From: Octopus sinensis
Taxonomy: Eukaryota
Assembly (NCBI RefSeq): GCF_006345805.1
Contig: NC_043018.1
Location: forward strand, 25,234,001 to 25,298,000
Length of the DNA stretch: 64,000 nt
Reading direction: 5' to 3'
A program made the translations under genes and the position numbers. Shown here piece after piece: positions 52,378 through 64,000 of this stretch (its first letter is position 1; the number at the start of each line of letters is the position of its first letter). A model generated the notes under the pieces. It was not told the origin of the DNA. It was given only the letters and a program-made list of their open reading frames with translations, and searched no databases.

Positions 52378-55067
52378 TTACTCTACCTCTGGTATTTAAG
52401 TAGTATTTTTCCCCACCTTGTTTCGCATTTATGTGCTTACTCTGGTATACATATATATAATATACCATACTTTTATTGACTTTTTGTTTCCTCCTCACAT
52501 AAGCCAAAAAACACTCTGGAAGACACACACCTTTAATGCAAGTCTGATGAAGTGCTACTCTAATGTCTAAAACCACAAATATTACGTAAATTTTCACTTT
52601 GAACTTTTGCATAAACTGACATTGAAAGCAGAGTTGGTACAGAAACAATTGTAATTAATTATTAAAGGTGTCTTCAAGTATTTCTTTGCCTTACTATTTG
52701 AATTATATCAGCCGTAAAAATCCAGCCAAAACAGTTACAGGAGTTTGGTGCAGGCTCCTGTCAAACTGTCCCACCCATGCCAGTATAGAAGGTGGACATT
52801 AAACGATGTTGATGACGATTACTGGAGTGTACCTATACCTCATCTATAATGGATAAATCAATAAATTAATCAATTGTTTTGGATATAATGTTAGGTGTTT
52901 GATTTAACTAATAATCTTTACAAACTATAGGCATAAAGCCTGAAATTTTGAGAGAAGGGGTCAGTCGATTATTTCAACCCTGGTACTCAACTGGTACCTA
53001 TTTCATCCACCCTAAGAGGATGAAATGCACAGTGGACCTTGGTGGAATTTGAACTTGATTTTACTAATAATGCTATGCTACAGAAATTAAGGCGAGTCTG
53101 AGTGGTAAGAAGTTTGCATCCCAACCACATGGTTCCAAGTTCAGTCCCACTGTGAAGTACTATGGACAAGTGACTTCCATAGCCCCAGGCCAAGCAAAGC
53201 CTTGTGAGTGAAGTTGTTAGACAGAAACTGGAAGAAGCTTGTCGTGAGAGTGTGTCCATAACTTAGTGATATGGTAAGAGAGATCAACAGAATTACTGGG
53301 TTCAATTTTTTTATTTTACTAACCACTTCAAAGAAGTGCCCCATCATGACCACAGTCTGATACAAGTGAAAGGTTAAACACATCATTCTGTTGCCCACAA
53401 ATCAATATTCCCTTTCTTGGCCACCAAGACCCAAAACGTTGGAGGATTCACAAAAATAAGAAGCATCAAATTTTGGTATCAGACCATTTGAGGGGAAGGG
53501 CAAGTCAATTACATCAACCCTCAGTACTTGACTGGTATTTATTTCATTCGCTGCAAAGGATTGATAGTCAAAATCAGCCACACTGGAATTTGAACTCCAA
53601 ATGTCACATTCTGGCCTTCAATCACCTCCAATGCCTCCTCCACTCTCAAAAGATCTTTGTCTTGCAAAATACTCGGTGACCCTACCAGTGCTGGTGCCAT
53701 TTAAAAAGTATCCAATCCACAGTGTAAAGTGGTTGGCATCTGGAAGGGTATTATCATCATCATTGTTTAATGTCCGTTTTCCATGCTAGCACGGGTTGGA
53801 TGGTTCGAGCGGGGTCTGGGAAGCCAGGAGGCTGCATCAAGCTCCAGTCTGATCTGGCAGTGTTTCTACAGCTGGATGCCCTAAAAAAAAAAAACAATGC
53901 CAAAACTGACCTTGCCTGTACTGGAGCACTGTAAAAATCACTGTCCACTCTGTGAAGTGGTTGGTGTGAGGAAGGGCACCCAGCCATAAAAAAAAACCAT
54001 GCCAAAACAGACAGTGAAGCCTGGTACAGTCAAACCGTCCAATCCATGCCAGCATGGAAAGTGGATGTTTAATGATGATGATGGATGTATCACAGAAGAT
54101 ATGCCACTAAGCATTTGTTTCTGATGTGTTAATGATTCTCTAAGCTCAGCGTATTAATAATAATAATAATAATAATTATTATTATTATCCTTTCAACTGT
54201 AGATGCAAGGTCTGAAATTTCGGGGGAGGGGTGGTAGATTACATTGACCCCAGTGGTTCTTATTTTATTGGCCTCAAAAAGCTGAAAGGCAAAGTTGACC
54301 CCAAGAGCATTTGAAACCGGACAGTAAGAAGAAAAACTAAGTATTTTTATCCCCTACGATGATAATAATAATAATGAGCCTAAGTTTGAAATATTGTGGA
54401 GTAGTGGTTCTCAACCGTTCCTACTTCACTTAACCTCCACGTAAAAAGAAAAATAAATCCTATTATATTTTTGGTAATTAGATATTATTAGGAATTTGCA
54501 TAAAAAGAAATTGCTAAAATATTTTGTCTATTGTAGATACATAACCAATTTATTGCTCGGATCCCAGTTGAGGACCTTGACTTTAGGATAAATTAAATCT
54601 GTTCAAGGGACACAACTGTTGTCGCTATCAAGGGAAGTAACTTATGCCTCAAGGGAGATAACATTGCTAGCTAAAAAAAAAAAAAAAAAATTGCTGAGCT
54701 GACATTTTCAAGTAACTAATCTTTCTTTTTCAAGTCCCAGGATTACATTCAATGTCTGCCTGTCTCCTATTTAACATATACAGGCTCTAGTGGCTCCAGA
54801 ACAGGGCAGTAAAAGATTATACGATATGAAGTATCAAAATTTTAAATATCGTTCACATTAAATTTTTATGGATCTCTTATTATTATTATGCTGAATAACT
54901 TTTACTTGTTTCAGCCATGCTTGAAATTTTTAGTGAAATAAATCGACACCAGTATTTATTTTTTTAAGCCTAACACTTATTCCACTGGTCTGTTTTGCTG
55001 AACTGCTAAGTTATGGGGATGTAAACACACTAACACCAGTTGTCAAGCAGTGGTTGGGGACATCTTT

Positions 55068-55580
55068 TTTTACTTGTTTCAGTCATTTGACTGTGGCCAT
55101 GCTGGAGCACCGCCTTTAGTCAAAGAAATTGAGCCCAGGACTTATTCTTTGTAAGCCCAGTACTTATCCTATTGGTCTCTTTTGCCGAATTGCTATACTC
55201 TTTTTCTATTTTACTTGTTTCAGTCTTTTGACTGCGGCCATGCTGGAGCACCGCCTTTAATCGAGCAACTCGACACCGGGACTTATTCTTTGTAAGCCCA
55301 GTACTTATTCTATCGGTCTCTTTTGCTGAACCGCTAAGTGACGGGGACGTAAACACACCAGCATCGGTTGTCAAGCAATGCTAGGGGGACAAACACAGAC
55401 ACACATACACAAATATGACGGGCTTCTTTCAGTTTCCGTCTACCAAATCCACTCACAAGGCTTTGGTCGGCCTGAGGCTAAAGTAGAAGACACTTGCCCA
55501 AGGTACCACGCAGTGGGACTGAACCCGGAACCATGTGGTTGGTAAACAAGCTACTTACCACACAGCCACTCCTGCGCCTA
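55068..55580 (-). mobile_element. SINE family A with a duplicated 3' tail
   Basis: Tail segment at 55068-55195 repeated before the full copy at 55200-55580. Confidence 0.8.
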
Positions 55581-55589
55581 TATGTTACT

Positions 55590-58381
55590 GAATGCTAAAG
55601 AGACAAAGAACAAACAAAAATGGAATTCAACAAACATAAAAATAAAATACATTACAAAAAAGTAAAACGATAAAAGAGAAAAACAGCAACTTGTAACAAA
55701 CCATGAAAAATGAGAGGGATAAAAAATCCAATGGAAGTGTAAACGGGTCATTTTTAGAGAAACTTTAATGCATCATTTTGAAACAGTAGCAGAAGATTAA
55801 CCTTTTTTTTTTTTTAATATTATATTTTTTTTTCAAAACAGACTACAGAAGCTACAATCCTCAGCTGTTGGGGTATCTTTAGCTTGGTTTTTGTAGTTTT
55901 TTTTAAAATTTTATTTATTGTCCTTTTTCTTTCCTTCCTTCCTTTCCTCTTCATCATCATCAATGATCATCATTTTAATTTTCATCTTCCTCTTTGTCCA
56001 ACACCAGTTCAATTCTCTCCATTGGCTGGGAGATGACAACAGTTTCAGAATGTGATATATTGTATTATGTAACACCTAAGTAACTAACCAACCCTGCCCC
56101 TCCCCGACAAATACTGCTCTCCTGCAGGTCTTGAGAACAGAGAAAGAGAAATATATTTAGAGAGGGAGAGAGAGCTTATTATTGTCATAGTAGCTATTTG
56201 AGGCTTTCTTTTTTGTACAAGAGACTTTAGGGATCAGGTGGCACCATGAAGCAGAGCAGTTTATAATCAAGGAACAAGCATTTAGTACCCAACATCCCTA
56301 ATTGGTTTACTCCTCAGACAGGAAAAAGGAGTAGGGAAGAGGGAGAGAAAGAGTTAGACAGACAGACGGGAAAAGGGGAGCAAAATGAAGAGAACAAGGG
56401 AAAAAAAACCAAAAAAGCGGCAAAAGAGATCAGGAGTGAAAAAACAAACATTGCGAGGTAGAACAAAAATGAAAACTAAGGAATTACCGGGGGTGGGATG
56501 GGGTGGGGGTTGAAGAATAAAGTTGATCAAAAACTAATTTGAAAAATGAGTCCAGCAAAGTAAGTGAAAAGCGTTTTCTCGTAAACAAGAAATGGAAATT
56601 TTTACTTTAAGGAAAAAAATCACAGAAAATAAAGAAAAATTGTTAAAATATGAGAAACAAAGAAAAGGATGAGAGGAGGAAAAAAAAAAGGGAATTGAAT
56701 CAAAGACTTAGAAAAAGGGATATTCTAACATAATAATAATAATGAGATTTTAAACTGCTGAAAGGCAAGAGAGAAAAATAGAAGCCCTTTGGAATTTGAT
56801 GATGTTGTGTAAAGATAATGATGTATGTTGGGTGCACACATATAAACCGTGTGTAGGGTGACATCATTCGATAGTCTAGTTGATACAGTGATATATGTGT
56901 GTGTGTGTATGTATACATATACAAGTACACACTGACTGTATGTGAGTATGTACATACAGAGAATGGTAATATCGATGTTTGTAGGTATACGTGAGATTGT
57001 CAGGTGAGAATGTCTGTCTGAATGGTCTCAGAGAAAAATCCGATTCCAAACTTTCCCCATGTTTTAATTTTATTAAAAAAATAAAACATCTCAAGACACA
57101 GAACAACAACAAACAAACAAAAAAAAAAAGGATTCCAACATTTTTACAAAATTGAGAGAAAGAGAAAAAAAAGAGAGAAAGGGGGTAGGAAAGTGAGGGA
57201 AGGAAGGAGAGGATGTGTAGCTAGAGTAATTAATATTTGTAACGAAGGAGGTTACAACCAAAGCAAGACAAAAATGTGCCAATTCTGGTCTCCCCGCCAT
57301 CAGCTAAGCCTTGAAGCGTACCCAGTGTGTCGTTCTGTCAGTCTCATCCAGCCACCCTGCCCAAAACAAGCCTCTTGTCTTTGAGTTCTTCTTCCGCTGT
57401 ACTCCTCCTCCCCGACATACAGGAATGCTGGTTTGGTGGTTTAGTAAGGGAGGGCCACCACCCCCAAACCCACCTCTGGGCAGGCACCCCCCATCCCCCG
57501 TTTGTTTCATTTATGTCACTTATCCTAATCACATCAGATGGACTAAACTTTTCTCGCAGCTTTTTCACTTTTCCTTCAATCCCCTGCCTGCCCACGCCCA
57601 CCGCCACCCAATTTGCAACAACAAACAGTAATGCCCCACAACTGGCTTGTTTTTTGCCCCCAACACCCAGAAACAACAACAATAACCACCACCACCACCA
57701 CCACCAATACAACCTACACCAACTCCCTAAAATATGGTCAAACGTGTTGCAGTTTACAAAAAGCAGCAGCTGTACTGAATGTTGCCTGTTATTTTTTTCT
57801 TCTTTTTTGTTATTTTTCTCCCTGTTCACAAAAAAAAAAAAAAAACCCAAACCCTCCCAACCCCCAAAACTGTCCAAAAGCATTCCTGCTGGACAAACAT
57901 TTACTATTCTCGACTATCTACCTATTCACAATCAACACCACACCTCCGGGCGCTCGGCTGGCCCAATTACACAGCCAGCCCACTCTTGTCCTGTCTGCCA
58001 AACATATTTAATACTGCCATTGTGATTTTTATTTCCTTCCAAAATTCTATGCCCTAAAAAACCCCTGAAAGGGATCCTTTTTTTTCCTCATTTGTTTCTT
58101 GTTTATTTTAATTCATATATTTACTCATTTTTTCCCTTTTTTTTTTGGTAATTCTTAAACATTATTTTTCATTGTCTTCATTTTATCAGCAGCATCCTCA
58201 TCATCAACATCATCATCATTAGCAGCAGAAGTAGATGTTATAGTAGTAGTAGTAGTCGTCATCATTGTAGTCAGAGCAGCTGCATAGAGATGTTTCCCTA
58301 GCAGTGTTGTTGTTGCTGTTGTTGTTGTTGCTGTAATTTAGTAGTGACAGAGACTGAGCTAGAGAAGTGACGAAGGAGGAT
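55590..58381 (-). other. Putative long 3'UTR of the convergent (-) gene (SINE-free island)
   Basis: About 2.8 kb without recognisable SINEs in an otherwise SINE-saturated window. AATAAA on the minus strand near 57070 and 55915. Low-complexity (CAA)n and (GAT)n runs follow the stop codon. Confidence 0.4.
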
Positions 58382-58496
58382 CTATGTGTAACTCATCATA
58401 TCAAGTGAAGCCGAGGAGGCCGGAGCTGTACTATTGCTGGGTGTTTTCAGACTGTCGTTAACATCTCTCCTGAACACTGACAGATTCTGAGTAAAT
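58382..58496 (-). CDS. Probable terminal coding exon of an unidentified convergent gene (x-FTQNLSVFRRDVNDSLKTPSNSTAPASSASLDMMSYT*)
   Basis: Strong acceptor ctgat...tttttggcttttttcgtgtcgtttcag. Phase 2 gives 37 codons to TAG; the other two frames stop after 12-16 codons. GC/CpG-richer than surroundings and followed by a long SINE-free region. Confidence 0.55.
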
Positions 58497-59114
58497 CTGA
58501 AACGACACGAAAAAAGCCAAAAATCTCAAAATGACATCAGGGTTATAAAGAAGAAAAAAAAAAAAAGAAAAAAAATTAAAAGGCCGTACAATAGATATCT
58601 ACAACAATAATACTCTTGTGATTTTCTCTGTCACAACATATGAATGAGAAAGGAAGGGGTGGTAGCGGGAGCGTTTCAACTCTGTGTGAGTACATGTGTG
58701 TGTGTATGTAAAAGTGAGGTGTGTGGAATGGAAGTGGGATGGTGAACATTCAACACTGAAAAAGAAAATCAAACAGCATTTCAACTTTGTGTGTGTGCGT
58801 GTACAAGGGAAGTATGTGAATGTTTGCAAATACTACAATTTGTGTATCTATGAAACGAACACCAAACAGAAATAAGTATTAGGAGTCATCATAACCATCC
58901 TCATCATCATCATTTAATGTCTGTTTTCCATGGTGGTAGGGGGCTAAATTAGTGTATCCCAACCTAATTCCCCACTGGGCCCCACTACAACTTTTGGAGA
59001 GAAAAAAAAAGAAATCTTTATTTTGAATATATTATCACAGTTACTTTAATACAAAAGAATCTACTGGTAATGCTTTGTTTTAAGTACTGAGTACAAAAAT
59101 ATACATTATTAGGT

Positions 59115-59465
59115 GCAGGCATAGTTGTGTAGTAAGAAGCTTGCTTCCTGACCACATGGTTCTGGGTTCAGTCCCACTGTGTGGCACCTCAGGCAAGTGT
59201 CTTCTACTATAGCCTCGGGCCAACCAAAGCCTTCTGAGTGAATTTGGTAGATGGAAAATGAAAGAAGCCCATCATATATATATATGTGTGTGTAACTTTG
59301 GTGCCCCCACCATCACCGTTTGACAACCACTGTTGGTGAGTTTACATCCCTGCAACTTAGTGGTTCGGCAATAAAGCATGATGGAATAAGTACCAGGCTT
59401 AAAAAAAAAAAAGTAGAGATCAATACATTCGACTGAAAAGTGGTGCCCCAGTATGGCCACAGTCA
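59115..59465 (+). mobile_element. SINE family A older copy
   Basis: Head, core and tail. Further copies at ~8287, 33665, 35108, 48890, 50163, 53095 and 63540. Confidence 0.75.
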
Positions 59466-62305
59466 AAGTGAATCATTTTAATGAGAACCTTGTGACAACC
59501 CCACCCCACCCCAATTTTCCCAGGCCCCATCAGTGGGAATCACTGGTCCCGGTGGCTTCACTGGAACTGGTAAACCAGAGAGTTGCACCAGGCTCCAGTC
59601 TGTTTTGGTCTGGGTTTCTACAGCTGGAGGCCCTTCCTAACACCAACCACTCCACAGGTCACTAGATGTATTTTATGTGTTGCTGGTACAGGTGCCTTTT
59701 ACGTGTCACCGCCTTTCAAAAGTGATAAATGAAAATGAGTGACTTAGCCCTTTGCCATTTAAACCAGCCCTGTCAGGCCCAAATATTCTACGTTTTATGT
59801 TCAAACAGGGAAGCTCTGACCCCTCACAACTACCCTGCAATGGCATTCTAAAAATACAATACCACATCACCATCAAACTCTTGAAGCGAGAAGATAATTC
59901 ATAATTAATTTTAAACAACGTGATTAAAAAAGCATTACATCTGATAAAGTAATCTGAATGCTAAAAGCGCTAAACTGCATTATGAAATGATGCCCCAGCA
60001 TGGCCACACTTCTATGAATGAAACTAATTAACAAATAATAATAGCTTTGATGATATCAGAGAATTCACTGTTGCTATATTAATGGTTGGTTTTAATTATA
60101 AGTCTTTAGCATTCAGATTATTAATCTGTCAAATGTAATGCTTGTTTATCCAGTGTTTTGAACTAATCATGCATTATCTCCATGTCTTTGAGATTTCAAT
60201 AATGTGACTATTTATTTTTAAGACATTGTAGGGTAAGCGCAAGAAGCTGGATCTGGCCAGTTTGAAAAATAACTAAAACAGGTAGAATGTTTGGGTACAA
60301 TGTGGTTGGTTTAAATGCTAAGGGTCTATGTACAAAAAAGCCAGCAATTTGAAGGGATGAGAGGTTAGGGTCAGTCAATGACATCGGCCACAGTACTTGA
60401 CCAGTATTTTAATTTCATCAACCCTTGAAGGATGAAAAGCAAAGTTGAACTCAGAACAGACTGAGCCAGAAGAAATGCTGCTAAGAGTTTTGTCCAAAAT
60501 ATTAATGATTCGACCAGCTTGCTGCCCTAACAATAATAATAATAATGGGTTGAAATTTTAGGGAAAGAGGGCAAGGGGTAAGTAGCTTACATTGATCCTT
60601 AGTGATCAACTGGTACTTATAAACACAATGTAAAGAGCCATAATTAAAAAAATAACTGCTTCCTAAAAATTTGTTTGGTGACCTGAAAAGGACTTTGATA
60701 TAAATTCCTCAAGTTAGCTCTCAGCATATTTAATACATGAGGGGAGAGACAGGTATATTTAAAAAAATTTATAAATGTAGGATAAATGTACAGCGAAATA
60801 TAAATAGAACATGAGCCATTGACTGAAGTTGTTCCCCACCCTCTTTTTGTCTTCTCCCCTACCACCCTACTTTTCCTAGTAAATATGTAAGACAGATAAC
60901 TCCAGACATGTTTCTCCTTGATTGAGCATCATCAGCAGAAGTGTATCAAAGTTGTAGCAAATAAATGGCCAAGTAAATATATATAGAGTGAATGCAGCTG
61001 AAAGAGTGAATTGTTTAGGAAAGTAGCTGACTATAAGATATTGTCAATCTGCCTTGTTTTGTGTTTGTTTGCCTGCACTTGATCATGTGTTTATGTTTGT
61101 CATAGCTTGATTGATTGATTGCATGAGTGTGTGTGCACTTGATTGCATGTGGACATTTGTCTTTGCATCACCGTGTGTGCCTACCAGTGCACACATGCAT
61201 GTGAGCACATAAGCACAAAGTGCTTGTGTCTCAACATCTGTACATTTGTGATTGTGCTTATACAGCTATGCACCAATGTGGGGTGCAGGTAGAGCCAAAG
61301 TTAAGCAGCTCAGTTCACAATCCTGAGGTTAACAGGTTCAATCCCATTATATAGCCTCTTGAGGAAAGTTCCTTCTACCATACTGAGTAAGAGAAAATAT
61401 TTAGCATAAAACCGAGTAGAGAGAAACTGAAAAATGTTCGCAGAGTTCAAAGGGTTTGTTGTGGCACACAAGGTCATGCAAAAGATTACATTAAGCGCAC
61501 ATGAGCCTGTGGAATACTCAAACCATTTGTTCTGTAGTACTGAGGCTTATGTTAAGGTCATATTTGTCTATGGAATACTCAAACCACTTGTACTGTTATA
61601 CGAGTAAGTAGTCCAAACTGACTGAACAACTAGAATGTGCATTGTTCAAATGACAAGATTCATCCTTGTCCGTGTGGATTGAGTACCTAACTTTCTACGG
61701 CATGTGTGGGTCTTGTTATATTTTTATAGAATCTGGAGAAAAATAAAACCCAACTGTGTTTGTGTATGGCAGAGTAGAGGAAGTGTGTTCGTGTGTGTGT
61801 GTGTATGTGTGCATGGTGAGGCAGAGAAAGGGTATCTGTTTGTGTATGGTGATGTAGAGAAAGGGTATCTGTTTGTGTATGGTGAGGTAGAGAAAGATTG
61901 GGTGCATGCCTATGAGGCGTTCGTAAAGTTCAGAGTCAAAATTTTACGTCACAACAGATCATTCTTAACTGTTGTTCCCTACAAAGGCAACAGACGTTAA
62001 ATAAATATATCTGAACCAAGACCAGTATTTTTATTCTCAAAATTGCCAAATGAAAATTAATTCACAATTCTAGAAACACCAAACTTTTCTGTTACTTTCT
62101 ACAACACACCAACCAACAGAGAAAGCTTTCACCATTTAAGCATCACTCCATCAACACACCACTGCACCCAAATTATATACATACATACATACATATACAT
62201 ACACCACACACACACACACATGTATAAAGGTATATATCATCATCGTCATCATTTAATGTCCACGTTCCATGCTGGCAGGGGTGCATATAAATATGATGAT
62301 ATATA

Positions 62306-62353
<48 letters not shown>

Positions 62354-62525
62354 CTATATATATATATATATCTATATATATATATATATATTATATATTA
62401 TATATATATATATATATATTATATATAATATATATATATATAATATATTTTATATACATATATTATATATATAATATATATATATATTTATATACATATA
62501 TTATATATATATATATATATATATT

Positions 62526-62576
<51 letters not shown>

Positions 62577-62666
62577 ATATATATATATATATATATATTT
62601 ATATACATATATTATTATATATATATATATTTATATATATATATATTTATATATATATATATATAT

Positions 62667-62707
<41 letters not shown>

Positions 62708-62725
62708 ATATATATATATATATTA

Positions 62726-62766
<41 letters not shown>

Positions 62767-62899
62767 AGTGTATGTATAGCTATGTCTATATACATATATA
62801 TTGTGTGTGAAGGTGCATATATACATATATTGTGTGTATGTATATATATTATAAGTGTATGTATAGCTATGTCTATATACGTATATACTGTGTGTGAAG

Positions 62900-62948
<49 letters not shown>

Positions 62949-64000
62949 GTGTGTGTGTGTAGGTATATATATGCATCTATGTATACACATACATAGCACC
63001 TGAAAATGAACAATGAAAACAAATTGGCAAAGGACATGTATAAACAAGCAAAGGTGAAAATATCAGAGTCAGAATTTTAGCATTCTAACGAATTCTATAT
63101 CTCAAACATTACAAAACACATTATATAAATATACATAATTTCACCGAAAATACATAAAACAAGGCAATGTTTAGTTAAAAATAATATATTCTTACAAATG
63201 ATTTTTACTTTAATACATTCAATATTTAAAAACAGACAAATTTTTTCAAAACAAATAATAATGAACAAGGCGAAGCAGGGAAGATACAATAAATAGTCAA
63301 ATAACAACAAGAGAATTGTCCATATTTTCCCTGTCTCACACGCTGTCCTCTTGGTTTTGTTTTCAATTAATATCATTAAATATTAATATTATTATTATAA
63401 ATGCAGTTTTAATCATGTTGTGATGAGTAAACAATGTTTTACTGTTAAAAAGACAGCAACGAAGAAGGGGAGGAAGGTAGTGTGTGGAAGGGAGGGAGGT
63501 AGGGAAGGAGGAAGAGTGAGAGAGAAAGGAATAGAGAGAACCACATGGCTGCAGGTTCAGTCCCACCATGGGCAAGTGTCTTCTGCTATAGCCTCAGGTC
63601 GACCAAGGCCATGAGTGGATTTGGTAGACGGAAACTGAAAGAAGCCTGTCATATATAGTTATGTATATATTTGTTTGTCTCCCACCACTGCTTGACAACC
63701 GGTGTTGGTGTGTTTACATCTCTGTAACTTAGCAACCGATAGAACAAGTGCCAGGCTTTAAAAAACTAAGTAAGTAGTGGGGTGGATTCACTAAAACCCA
63801 TCAAGGCAGTGCCCCAGCATGGCCACAATCTACTGACTGAAACAAATAAACGATAAAGATAAATGACCAAGATCATCCTTTTCCTGGGGTTTTGTTTGCT
63901 GAACCCTTTTTAGTACCAACCTACCCTAGACTGCTCCTGATCCGAATAAAAAATTCCCTTTAGAATTTTGTTAATCCATGTCCCAAATATCAGCTTAACA

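Noticed and set aside
57304-58057. Overlapping 92-232 aa ORFs in the SINE-free island
   Set aside because: Low-complexity composition and open frames on both strands fit a GC-richer UTR better than coding sequence.

Overview
AT-rich, repeat-dense eukaryotic genomic DNA. The SINE, MITE and microsatellite landscape looks like an Octopus (coleoid cephalopod) genome; this is inferred from recalled repeat families, not from a database search. One complete 7-exon protein-coding gene can be built on the + strand (ATG 26710 to TGA 52051, 263 aa, all introns GT-AG and phase-compatible). It encodes a coiled-coil protein resembling CCDC172. A probable last coding exon of an unidentified convergent (-) gene lies at 58382-58496, followed by a ~2.8 kb SINE-free putative 3'UTR. 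The rest is at least four tRNA-derived SINE families, 5'-truncated RTE-type LINEs, mariner/hAT/piggyBac/pogo-type and foldback MITEs, a decayed Helitron helicase, Penelope-like (PLE) remnants and many microsatellites. Most ORF-track entries are microsatellite or repeat artefacts. The main findings are: (1) minimal hammerhead-ribozyme folds in PLE-like remnants, one sense-oriented ~250 nt after the CCDC172 stop codon and masked by its own inverted copy, and one with a compensatory G3-C8 core; (2) a templated insertion that copies part of exon 3 plus intron 3 into a SINE in intron 1; (3) a 101-bp-arm intronic palindrome; (4) a foldback MITE carrying telomere-type repeats, with a relative nested in the Helitron.
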